Shown: positions 32,098 to 43,545 of the stretch, in pieces
How positions within the stretch are numbered: position 1 is the stretch's first letter
How the letters are laid out: each line of letters opens with the position of its first letter
Program-made: the position numbers and the translations under genes
The notes under the pieces: generated by a model
What the model saw: only the letters and a program-made list of their open reading frames with translations
Told to the model about the DNA's origin: nothing
Database searches by the model: none
Assembly (NCBI GenBank): GCA_964035575.1
Contig: OZ037833.1
Coordinates: 186,001 to 250,000 of the forward strand
Source of the DNA: Rhynchopus sp. YZ270_cl-10
Lineage: Eukaryota
Direction: 5' to 3'
DNA: 64,000 nucleotides

Positions 32098-33892
32098 CTA
32101 AGATATGACACAGGGTTTTACAGGTTGCCGTTTCTTTACACTTCTGAGCACAACGTCGCTGCAATCGTTTCTGTGTACAGTCCGCAAAAATGGACATAAC
32201 TCCAAGAAGTCGTTCCCAATCGAAGTGACTGCTTTCATGCCTGAGAGGTCCACAGTTGACAACGCTCTGCAGTTATATAGGAAGCCGATCCCAATCGAAG
32301 TGACTGCTTGCATGCCTGTGAGGTCAACAGTCGACAATGCTGGGCACTTAAATATGAAGCCGTCCCCGATCGAAGTGACTGCTTGCAGGCCTGAGAGTCT
32401 AACAGTCGAAAACCCTGACTCAGATAGGAAGCAGTTCCCAATCGAAGCGAGTGCTTTCATGCCTGTGAGGTCAACAGTCGACAACGTGGTGCACCTGCGT
32501 AGGAAGTCGTTCCCGATCGCGGTGACTGCTTTCATGCCTGTGAGGTCAACAGTCGACAACGCTGTGCAACCAGCTAGGAAGCCGTTCCCAATCGAGGTGA
32601 CTGCTTGCATGCCTGAGAGCTCAACAGTCGACAACATTGTACAGTAAGCGAGGAACGAGTGCCCAATTGCGGTGACGAAGGGCAACTTTGATAGGTCCAG
32701 TGTGGTGTCGCAGTGAGGAAGGGAAGTGTCACGAATGTCATCCACAATCGACACGCAACTGGAAACAATGCACGTTACTGCACTATACTCGAAGAAATAG
32801 TCTGGGATCGCAGTCACAACTTCTGCCTGCAGAAGCAAGGAAGCCACCTTCGGATCGGTCACCTTCTTCAACCTTTCATCTGTGATGTTGGTCTCACCCA
32901 GTGCATGAAGTGCTGCTATGGCCTCGTATTTCGTCGTTTTCGTCAGTACTACTTTGTCCCCAGCACTCAGTTCTGTGATGTCCTCCCCTTCCTCCTTCCC
33001 GAAGCCCATATGAAAGCTGTCTTCGGCCAACCCCGTTGCTGTCGCCACCTTCCGACGCAGGGCCTCCGTTGTGTCATCCTCACCCACCTCGATCACATGC
33101 TCCGTTTCGTCATACCCAGGGCGTTCGCCCCGGGGCGAAAAATATTTTTTTTCGTTAAAAAAATCTTTTCCTGAAAAAATGACATTTTATTTCGCCCCAG
33201 GGCTTCGCACCACCGGGGCGAAACCCTGTATAAATAAATAAATAAATAAAAAAAGGGGGAAAAAAAAAAAAAAAGAGAGAGAGAGAGATTTCTCCCCACC
33301 ACCCTGTAGACCCCCCCGGAGGGGGGGTCGTAGAGGGGTGTCCACTGTACTCAAAATCATCCGCAAACCCGCCTGCCGTGAGAGGAAGTTTCCCCAGCAC
33401 TCCCGCTCGCTCCTCAATCCTGCAGTCTGCTGAAGGTGTACCGTACCCCCTGTTATAGAAGGTGTCACTGCTCGTGTCAACTCTACTTTCAACGGCAGAG
33501 AGTTGAAAATAATCAAAATAAGGATGAAGTCTCATATGACAGATGCCTCTCTTGTACATCTGTTTGATTAAACAACACAAAGAGACCCTCAGTGAGGGGG
33601 GATTGATGAAATTCTCCATCGTTTTGCTGGTTTTAGTTTCAGGAAAGTTCAGCTGTAATATCACTTGTGCTGGGGAAGGGATCACGCGCAAATCGCAAAT
33701 TTTTTTTGACCATTCAGTACCAGGGATTCACCCCACGAACTAACTTCTCTCCGGCGGGAAAATTTTTTTTGACCTATTTTAAGCACTAGTAAAAAAACGA
33801 AAATTTCGGGGTTTTTGGCATTTCGCCACGATCAGGAAAAAACGATGGCGATAGCGAACGCCCTGGTCATACCCCTGTATCGTCACATCCAT
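32098..33892 (-). pseudogene. Ubiquitin-like + BspA-type LRR paralogue 2 with C-terminal CaaX, disrupted after codon 9 by a MITE
   Basis: MDVTIQGYD at 33892..33866 and the remainder at 33108..32098; ~7 24-aa LRRs; ends KKRQPVKPCVIS. Confidence 0.85.
33117..33865. mobile_element. Non-autonomous hAT-type element, 749 bp
   Basis: 12-bp perfect TIR CAGGGCGTTCGC; 8-bp TSD GTCATACC (33109..33116, 33866..33873); empty site visible in the paralogue at 35658..35665. Confidence 0.95.
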
Positions 33893-34550
33893 TTCTTGTG
33901 TCTTTCTCTGTTTCACGTTGTGAAGGCGTGGAGGAGGTGTTTTTGTGGCAATAAAACAAGACAAATCAAAAGGGGTATTTAGCAGTAGGTTTGAGAGCCT
34001 GGGAAGCGCTGATCCTTTTCTCTGAAGAAACCCTGGGCTTATGCGGAAAAACAGGTCACATCACAGAACCGCCAATAAAAAGAAAACTGAAAGCTTTAAA
34101 CATGAATATGCCTCTCGTGTACACATCAAAAAAATAAGAAAGTGTTTTTTTCTCATAAGAAGCTGGTTGAAAAATATGGGAACGTTTCCCGAACACGTCG
34201 CGTGTCTCAATAGGTTAGAAAAAATCGGAAGTGAGAACCACACAAGAAAAGAGAAAAGGGACGGGGGGGAAAGAAACGTTGACACATAAAGTGAAATTGC
34301 AAACGCCTCTGGGACGCAGGCATAAAGCCTCCTAAGTGTCTCGCGGGAACTAAAGGGTTTAATCGCATTTTTGGTCCCCAAAACCCGGACATAGTAATCC
34401 CGTTCTTCAAATGTGTGCTCCACAAATATCTGCTCCACTTCTCAAGTTCTGCCTTGAGACGCTTGTACTCTGCCGCCAACTGCAAGTTCTGAGTGACGAT
34501 TTTCGTTCATCCGCATCGCCAAGTTGTGCTCCTCCCATATCTTATGCATA

Positions 34551-35684
34551 TCAGCCTGCAGGTCTTACTGTGTCCGTGCTGCTGGCTCTGCTGGCTGCGG
34601 CACCATCGGCTTCGCCATCATAGCATGCGTCAACTTCTTCTATTCCACTGTCGACAACGATGTGCACGTTGCGAGGAAGCCGTCCAGCCAAAGTGACTGC
34701 TTGCATGTCTGTGAGGGCAACAGTCGACAATGCTGTGCAGTCAGATAGGCAGTCGTCCCCGATCGAAGTGAGTGCTTGCATGCCTGTGAGGTCAACATTC
34801 GACAATGCTGTGCAATTAGCTAAGAAAGTGTTCCCAATCGAAGTGACTGCTTTCATTCCTGTGAAATCAACAGTCGACAACGTCGTGCAATTAGTTAAGA
34901 AGTGGTTCCCGATCGAAGTGACTGCTGGCATGCCTGTGAGGTCAACATTTGACAATGCTCTGCAATTAGTTAAGAAGTAGTCCCCGATCGAAGTGACTGC
35001 CTTCATGCCTGTGAAATCAACAGTCGACAACGTACTGCAATTCATTAAGAAGAAGTCCCCTATCGAAGTGAGTGCTTTCATGCCTGTGAGGTCAACAGTC
35101 GACAATGCCCTGCAATTCATTAAGAAGCCGTCCCTGATCGAAGTGACTGCCTGCATGCCTGAGAGCTCAACAGTCGACAACATTGTACAGCTAGCTAGGA
35201 ACCGGTTCCCAATCACGGTGATGAAGGGCAATTTTGGCAGGTCCAGTATGGTGTCGCAGTGAGGAAGGGAAGTGTCACGAATGTCATCCACAATCGACAC
35301 ACAACTGGAACCAATGCACGTTACTGCACTTCTCTGGAAGAAATAGTCTGGGATCGCAGTCACAACTTCTGCCTGCAGAAGCAAGGAAGCCACCTTCGGA
35401 TCGGTCACCTTCTTCAACCTTTCATCTGTGATGTTGGTCTCACCCAGTGCATGAAGTGCTGCTATGGCCTCGTATTTCGTCGTTTTCGTCAGTACTACTT
35501 TGTCCCCAGCACTCAGTTCTGTGATGTCCTCCCCTTCCTCCTTCCCTCCGAAGCCCATATGAAAGCTGTCTTCGGCCAACCCCGTTGCTGTCGCCACCTT
35601 CCGACGCAGGGCCTCCGTTGTGTCATCCTCACCCACCTCGATCACATGCTCCGTTTCGTCATACCCCTGTATCGTCACATCCAT
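34551..35684 (-). CDS. Ubiquitin-like + BspA-type LRR paralogue 3 (frameshifted in last repeat)
   Basis: Ubl-fold-like N-terminus MDVTIQGYDETEHVIEVGEDDTTEALRRKVA...; ~8 units of LSTVDLTGMxAVTSIGxxFLxxC; the last unit continues in another frame (DGFLATCTSLSTVE*). Confidence 0.8.
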   Translation of the reverse strand: MDVTIQGYDETEHVIEVGEDDTTEALRRKVATATGLAEDSFHMGFGGKEEGEDITELSAGDKVVLTKTTKYEAIAALHALGETNITDERLKKVTDPKVASLLLQAEVVTAIPDYFFQRSAVTCIGSSCVSIVDDIRDTSLPHCDTILDLPKLPFITVIGNRFLASCTMLSTVELSGMQAVTSIRDGFLMNCRALSTVDLTGMKALTSIGDFFLMNCSTLSTVDFTGMKAVTSIGDYFLTNCRALSNVDLTGMPAVTSIGNHFLTNCTTLSTVDFTGMKAVTSIGNTFLANCTALSNVDLTGMQALTSIGDDCLSDCTALSTVALTDMQAVTLAGRLPRNVHIVVDSGIEEVDACYDGEADGAAASRASSTDTVRPAG

Positions 35685-37570
35685 TTTTGTGTGTCTTTCT
35701 CTGTTTCTTTACGTTGTGAAGGCGTGGAGGAGGTGTTTTTGTGGCAATAAAACAAGACAAATCAAAAGTATTTAGCAGTAGGTTTGAGAGCCTGGGAAGC
35801 GCTGATCCTTTTCTCTTGAAGAAACCCGTGCGAGTGGTTTTTTGAAAACTTGGTTGTTTTAGTGACAACCGAAGATGGACTCCATAAGATATTATTTTCC
35901 CATAAGAATCGTAGTCCATTCGGGTTTTTCATTTCGAGGGGGGCGGTAAAAATGACTAATTTTTACCAATAAAAAGTTGTTTTTTACCTGCGCCAGAATT
36001 TTCCCCCCGCTGCGCCACCCAATCATTATACTAGAGAGACCATAGTATCACACACATAATCACACAACAACTCACCACACACTGAGACGTACAAACAGTG
36101 CGTGCCTTGCAGCAGATGTTCCGGTACGACGTCGTCACAGTTGAAGAGACATTACGCATGGCAAGGTGAGAAAACTGTGTCGCTCTACGTGGACAACTCT
36201 GTTCAGAACATAAACCAAATGCGCGTCTCCCTGCAAGTCTTGGTTTGTAATCCCAAAAAATCCAAAAAATCCCAGGAGTGTAAACCGCCCCCCTCCGACC
36301 CCCTTAGAAAAAAACACTGACAGTCTTTCTGGAAAAAAAAATTATGTGTTGCGTGTTTCTTCTCAGAGGTTGGTGTGTTGTCCCTGTTCGTTGTGGCCAG
36401 GTCCTCCCAATTGCTTTTTCTCTTTTTCCCCACTCCAGCACAAAAACCCACACCAGAGAAAAAAAACATGTCACCAAGAGGAGTCATACGTTGCAAGGCT
36501 GTATGTAATGAGGAAGCGCAGGAACGCCAGAAGAATTGCATCATCGCGGGCTACGTCGACCTTTTTATTTATAAAAAGGAGACAAGCACCATAGCATGGT
36601 GTAATGAAGCAGACCCTCAGCGCCACCTTCAACCTGCCGTTGCCAGCGAGGAAGACAGGCGACGCATACGAGAGGTTGTGTGCTGCCACGGCTGAGGGAC
36701 TTGACCACCACAGTGGATATGGCTTTGTTGTACAAAGCAAACGCTTCCGAAGGTCAAAAAAAATCCCGCACAACGGAACAAATGACATCTGGCCGAACAC
36801 AACGTACGCGAAAGCAACGGACGAGCGCCGTTGCTAGACTGTTGCAGTTGAAACAGGGTGTGCCGAGGTGGTTAACTCGAACCCCCTGTCTCGTGGGTAA
36901 CAAAATCGAGTACACGCTCACCAGAGACGTGCCGAGCACATTGCAGCCGGTGGGAGAATACTCAGGGTCTTATGAGACGCCAGATCATGTGAGACCTGAC
37001 CAGGCAGCAAGGATGTGTGTAGAGGGTGTCGGCGGTATCACGTACATCAGCGTCCCCGTTATCTGTACAACCCCTCGGCCACAGTGACGCGGCGAAAGAA
37101 CATCAACAAAAGGGAAGACGGCAAAAGGGGGGGAACCAAAGTGAACTGCATGTCTTTATCGCAAAGGGTTTGGGGCCCAGACTGTCCAAAAGTCACACTT
37201 AGTGTCCAGACTGTCCTTATCCCTTAAAAGGTGGATGGAAAGGAAGGAGGGAAAGAGGGGGGGGTTGTCTTTGTTGTCTCGAATCTCCATATTTATGTTG
37301 AACATTAGTGAGAAGGGGGGGATGGTAAATGGTAACGATGGCAGTCGTGATGGCAGAAGCCACCTTGCTGCAGTCTTCAGTGGTGGGGGGGGTTGTGGTT
37401 TCCTACCCTTTAGGGAGGGTACGCAGGGGATAAGGACAAAAGTTTAAAAGTCTTTCCCCCCCAAAAAAAGAGAGCATCGGACGAAAGAAAGAAAACGAAC
37501 CATTTTTTACAGTGCGATAAACAGCCTCTGTGGTGGTGGTGTGTCTGCTGTGGTTTTTGTGTGCAATGAC

Positions 37571-40500
37571 TCACCTAAAGGGTGTGTTTGTCTGGTTGCG
37601 GTTGTCGAGGTTCCAGCATCGTTCCATCATGAACAGGAAGGTTTCGTCATCCTGTATCCGTGCACTCACACCTGTTGTGTTATTTTATAGGGAAATAGTC
37701 AGATTTACCCTACCCTATTTTGAAAAAGTTCAGACTTGCCCGAAATAAGTTCAGACTTGCCCTAAAAGTGTTTTTAGGGCAAGTCTGAACTTATTTCGGG
37801 CAAGTCTGAACTTATTTTTAGGGCAAACACTTTTTTTAGGGCAAGTCTGAACTTTTTTAGGGCAAGTCTGAACTTTTTTAGGGCAACCCTGCACTTATTT
37901 ATTGGGCAAGCTGGGGGCTCTTGGGTTACAGAGCCCGGCGGTCGTCGTTTTTGCGTTTCTGTTTAGGGCACGTATGGGCTATTCGCGACGAGTCCTGGTA
38001 GTGAAATGAGCAACCTATGGTATGGAGCTTTTTTTCCATGCAACTGAATTTCCTCGTGTCCAGGACACCCCACTTTCCGAGCAAAATTAAATAATGACAC
38101 AAATGGGAGGGGAAAACCCTCTGACCTTTATCATCACTCTAAAAAACTCTCAGGTACCGCACCGCAGTACCGCACCACGATCCGAGACCCGTACAGAACA
38201 GAGACCAGAAAAAAGACTTCCGCACCCAAACGCGACTCCTCATAGAACACGACGTAGTAGTAACAAAAAAAAAATACCGATTACTGCAGTAAGTACAAAG
38301 CCTTTGGGCGACATTGTACAGGTCCTACATCATGTACGTAAAATTGTCGATACAACCAAAGAAAAGCATAGTGGTGCACCCTCGGGTGTCTGCACTACTG
38401 CAACAACTATTTCTATAGCTACAGTTTCCTCACCTCTACCTTTAACTTTTTATACGAGGATGTAATTCTCCGGGATTACTCCGCGATTGTCGTCACAACA
38501 AAAAAGTCCAGAGGACTTGTTGGTCGCCTTACTCATTTGGATCAACGGTATGTATATGCTACTCATTACAATGTTAGCCACTTCTATTGCCAGACACCGG
38601 GGCAAATAGTAAGTGCAAGAAAACTGCTTTTTGGAAACCAGGAAAACATGATGGACACTCCACTCCACGTGCGGACATGTTTGGCACTTCTGCATGCGTG
38701 CAGTATCCAAATGTGTCCCCGTGGGAACAAAGTGATAAAGATGTGTCCACTGTGTACAGGGAAAAAACTTTGCGCTCCCCCGGACAGTGCACAATTCAAC
38801 CCCTTGTGGGTGGTCTTGTTGCCTTTTGGAACAACAACAATTTTTCCACGTTGTTGCATTTTGGCCAGGCATGCTCTTGAAAGCATGACAATTTGATTGC
38901 GTATGGACAAAGCAAATAACCAAGTATGAATTCTGAGTTGAAATGTGAGAGATGTTGTGGGAAGGGGAGTTCGCTCCTTTCAACGATGACCTCGTTGTTC
39001 TTCAATAGGCATGTCTTAACCGACCACATAAATAAAATTGTGCCGGCCTCGAAGGATTCTAAGCAAACCCGCGTGGTAGCTAAACACTGACTCTCTCTCA
39101 ATTCAACAAAGAAGGAATACTTGGTAATTTGTGGAGCACCCGTGCATGAAAATTGTAAAACTTTGCGCCCCACGTTGCCCCAGAACACGGCTTCCTTTGT
39201 AACCGGTTCTGGCCCAACGTGGACTGCCTGTTCACCCTTTCCGGGTGGCTGGTGGTTTCTGGCATCAATTTTTGGGCTCCGGCTCGGTTAGGCATTTTAG
39301 GGCAATAAAACAAGTCATACCACATGGGGCCCCAAGAGTGCCCCAGCCAAAGTGGCCTGACTTGTTGCCCTAAAATAAGTTCAGACTTACCCTAAAAATA
39401 AGTTCAGACTTGCCCTAAAAAAGTTCAGACTTGCCCTAAAAAAGTTCAGACTTGCCCTAAAAAAAGTGTTTGCCCTAAAAATAAGTTCAGACTTGCCCTA
39501 AAAACACTTTTAGGGCAAGTCTGAACTTTTTCATAGGGCAAGTCTGAACTTTTTCAAAATAGGGTAGGGTAAGTCTGACTATCTCCCTATTTTATATTTT
39601 TTTTTGACAATTTTTTGGAGTACTGTAGCTTACAAGACACAGTCTTCACTGATATTTTTTTTTGTACCACTTCGCATTTTTTTGATGGAAAATCAAAGAA
39701 TCGAAACCCATCATACATACCCGAATAATAGTCACGAAACTGAGCGTAAGATACCAGCCCTGTCGGCACGACACGCTGGAAGCAGGTGATAATCTTCTCG
39801 AGGATCTCATGCTCGCTACGCTCCCCTGCAAGCACCAGGGGATGGTACTTTGGACAGTAGAACTCTGCAAACTCCTTGAGCGTCACGACAAAGTCTTTGT
39901 TGTAGTCAACCTTCTTGAATGCCGCCACCACACACATCGTACGGTACTCATTGTCCACACCACAGGCCTCTGTGAGAAATGCATCCCAGGTGATGGTGCC
40001 ACGCATGCCCTTTAGCAGGGCGTAGGCCTCTTGGCCATTTGGGATTGCAAAGAGGGCGCGCTTCTGCCGTTCTACGTCTGCAATCGTGGTGGAACGCACT
40101 GCAGCCCGCTTTGCGCTGGCGGCGTCAAAGAGAAGCGTGCCGATTGCGAGGATAGACGACTTCTCCCACGTTGCTGCAGGCGGGCTTGCAGGCTGTCCAG
40201 AGGCGTCTGAGGCATGCTTCCGTGCATCCCCGGTCGTAGTGTAGGATAGCTTTGAGCCGTCAACGTCGGTGATGATGACTGCAGGTTTGCCCTGGGCCAG
40301 TTCGAGGCGGGTGCCAACAGTGAAGTCGTCTGTATAAAAATAGTCGCCGTCGGGCTTGAGATACACATCATCGGGGTAAATGCCAATAAGCTTTATGTTG
40401 TGCTCGCCAAGCCGTTGCACGTCTTTGATCTCGCTGATGTACATACTGCGGTGTCTGGGGAAGTATGCGCCGGTTACCTCGCGGTGTGCGTCTTGGCCGT

Positions 40501-40636
40501 CGTAGCCTGCAAGGCGGCCGCGAAACTTTAGGACGTTCAGTGGGTGCACCTTGGTCTCCTCCGAAAAGGTGTTCTTGTCGGCTGTGTTGTTCCGTGCGAA
40601 CCGTAGTCCACCTCCAAGGAGTCCGCTTGCAGCCAT
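37571..40636 (-). CDS. DM10-like + calcyphosin-type EF-hand protein; exons 39721..40636 and 37571..37671
   Basis: AFKKVDYNKDFVVTLKEF EF loop and HP.VL.GE.SE..IL; splicing the GT-AG intron 37672..39720 gives FRDYYSG|VSARIQDDETFLFMMERCWNL, the calcyphosin C-terminal pattern. Confidence 0.85.
37690..39587. mobile_element. Mutator-like (MULE/foldback) non-autonomous element, 1898 bp, intronic
   Basis: Long TIRs starting GGGA(A/G)ATAGTCAGA built of AAGTTCAGACTTGCCCTAAAA repeats; perfect 9-bp TSD TATTTTATA (37681..37689, 39588..39596). Confidence 0.93.
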
Positions 40637-40998
40637 TTTTTCTTGTTTTATTCTGTTTGGGGTGGAGGAGGGAAAGAGGGGGGAGAAGAAGCGGAAATAG
40701 TTGTGAAAATTGAATAGTTTGTGGGAGAGAGAAAGGGAGAGAGAGAGATAATGACCTTTGTTTTTGTTTCCTTTACCACTCCTGTTCTCTTCAAAACCTT
40801 GTTTTTTTCATTTTTTTCAGTATTCATTGTACCCCCCAAAGGGGATAAGCCACTCAGACACGGGGGGTGAGGGTGTTATGGTATTTTTTTTCCCCCCATT
40901 TTTTTGTTTTCACTTCCGGGATGTGATGTTTTTTTTTGTTTTTTACGTTTTTTCCCCCCCTCCCTTTTTGTGATAGTCTGTTGGAGTAATTTTGCTGC

Positions 40999-41000
<2 letters not shown>

Positions 41001-41048
<48 letters not shown>
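41001..41048. repeat. 48-nt poly(A)/poly(T) tract
   Basis: Direct observation; poly-U on the coding strand upstream of the EF-hand gene. Confidence 0.95.
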
Positions 41049-41050
<2 letters not shown>

Positions 41051-41124
41051 AACCTTCTTTGCTGTTGTTGAGAGAACTGAGTCTTGATAAAATGCTTACG
41101 TTGTCAACGATAACATATTTTACA

Positions 41125-41239
41125 AAATCTTAACGTACACTCTCTGTTGATTCTAAAACGGGGGAGGGTAAAAAAGGCGTGAAAGGTAAATTGGGGAAGA
41201 GGTTGAAAAGTTGGAACGCTTCCTCACCCCAGATCACAC
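41125..41239. repeat. 115-bp exact copy of 42421..42535, bracketed by 42-bp direct repeats
   Basis: Identical AAATCTTAACG...AGATCACAC; flanks 41086..41127 and 41250..41291 differ at one base. Confidence 0.9.
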
Positions 41240-41626
41240 CATCCACCAAGATAAAATACTTACGTTGTCAACGATAACATATTTTACAAAAAATATTTTA
41301 CACCCCCATTATTTTTGAACATATTCAGGAATAAGTCCTTTACCTTTTGAATGCTAAGGTACAAAGATAGCCCGAGTTGTGTTCTTCACTCTTCACCACA
41401 TTTTTGTGGTACGGAAACCTCTACAAAAAAAGGAAAAAATAAAGACGAACCTAAACAAAGAAAATCTCTGTGTTTAATCACCGAAGAATGTACACACTTC
41501 TTGTTTTATTTTTTTACACACAATTTTGCATCCACTACAAGTTTGCAAACTCGAAGGGGAAGGTTATTTTCTCCTTCTTTTGTAACCAGCAGAGAGTGCA
41601 TACTTCTTGCACGATCAAAGTGCAAT

Positions 41627-41731
41627 TACCGTAACCATAATTATATATGGACCGTAACAGTAGCCTAACTGCCCGATTTTCTCCCAAAAAGTCCAACATT
41701 TTTACGGTCCATATGTAGTACGATTACGGTA
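41627..41731. mobile_element. ~105-bp MITE with TACCGTA...TACGGTA ends
   Basis: ~30-bp imperfect TIRs TACCGTAA..ATATGGACCGTAA; TA follows the right end. Confidence 0.6.
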
Positions 41732-43545
41732 TAAGTCATCAACGTCACGCCCCGAACGGTGTATACACTCCGCTTCACATCCATCTTATCTGTACAACCA
41801 GCTCTCCAAAAAAAAGAAAAAGTGAAGTTGATAGTGCAAAACGCCTCGGGGACGCAGGCACTGGAAAAAAAAAAGATAGAGTCTTTTGTTTGAGCGCTCG
41901 AAGCCGGAAAAACAAAATGTGTGAAGTATGGTTGCTGTTAATTTGAGTACTCAAAGAAACAAGCAAACTTCTGTCTTTTTTTTTTTCAATCCGATTTGTT
42001 TGCCCGCGCTCCAATATTTTTTTTAGAATTGACAATAAGTTGTTTTTATCAACAAAGAGAATAGTTTATAAGATGAACCCTCTTTGTTTTCTCACCTTCA
42101 CGAGAAGAAAAAAAAGGTTGGTGCAGTGACACTGACACCGTTTTTAGAAAAAAAAAGTAAAAAAAAAAAAAAAAATGGCAACTCTTTTCCTGATTCAAAG
42201 GGTTCTTTCGTTTGCCTCTCCCCTTTGGTTAGCTTTGGTAGGGGGAAGGAAATGAGTGAGGTGACCCATTTGAACCCTTCTTGCAGGTATGCGGCAGTCT
42301 CTCCAAGATAGATAGAGACAGGAGGGAGCAATGTCTGCAAATAAGAAATTAGATTCATATACTTTCAGTTCACAGAGTTGAAAGTATTTGAGAGGGTCAA
42401 CACATGCACCCTTTCTCTTGAAATCTTAACGTACACTCTCTGTTGATTCTAAAACGGGGGAGGGTAAAAAAGGCGTGAAAGGTAAATTGGGGAAGAGGTT
42501 GAAAAGTTGGAACGCTTCCTCACCCCAGATCACACTTAGAAAAAGTTGACTTGAAAATACAAAAGCCCTCTCTGTAACAGTGTACCTTTGGTACAATGAC
42601 CGGCGACAAAAAAAAAAACAATAGTTCGCCTGATTTTTGCCTAAAAATTTGCGGTATTTCGTATTGAAACACCAGCAAAACACCAAAAAAATATCAGGCA
42701 AAAAATTAGGTGAAAAAATATTCCACCGATGAACCTCAGCCTCCCGTTGCTTTCGTCACTAAAAACAGAGCTGTGCACTTTTTTTTCGTTTTTGAACGTA
42801 TCAGCCATTGTATCCTCCCTAGTAAACTTGTTTAAGCAGCTCTGCTGCGTCTTGGGGGTCTCTCGATTATATATTTTTAGGCTTCGCGTCCTGCATGTTT
42901 ATTGTCCACTTGCATCTGCAAGGTTGGAAGAGGGTAACAGGGGAAACTCATTAAAAATCATTCACTCACTCATCAGGATTTTTTGTGTTTCCCCGGTCTC
43001 ACCCTCCGTACGTTAACTTCGCATAGTGTTTGCCAAAAAATTAAAAGATTGGGGCGGTAGGGTTTTTTATTCGGATTTGCGTTTTTTGCTTTTTGCTCTT
43101 ATATATATCGAGAGACCCCTTCGCGTTGGTAACGGTAAACCCTTTTTCCCTCCCCATTTCTTTTTTCTTCACAGCGAGACCCCCCTCCCCCCCACACAAC
43201 AATGCATACTCGGGTATTCCACTGTTGGAAATTTTCCGATTCTCAGAAAAGAAGAAAAAAAGCTGAAAAGATGGTTCTGCTTCATAATATTATGTAGAAC
43301 ACATCATAAAAATACCCCGAGTTATTCCCCCAATGTTTTTTTGATTTTCTTTTTTTTTACCGCAGACAACGCAGGGGAATCCAATAAAATCATTTTTTTT
43401 TTTTTTCTTTTTTGAGTACCAAAAAAGTACGAGAAAAAAAATGAAGATTTAAAAAAAAAACGTACTCTGCAGACACTCAAAACAAACTGGAACCCCTCTC
43501 TCTCATCTTTTTTTTTCACCTTTTTTTCAAAAATCACTTTCTTTT

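Noticed and set aside
33117..33865. MITE acting as a precisely spliced 'introner'
   Set aside because: The GTATGA donor in the TSD is phase 2, but the TTTTCAG acceptor at 33171-33173 needs phase 1; joining them hits TAA, and the element end offers no AG.
38450..39325. Transposase ORF inside the MULE
   Set aside because: Short overlapping ORFs with no recognisable DDE, WRKY/FAR1 or SWIM motif.
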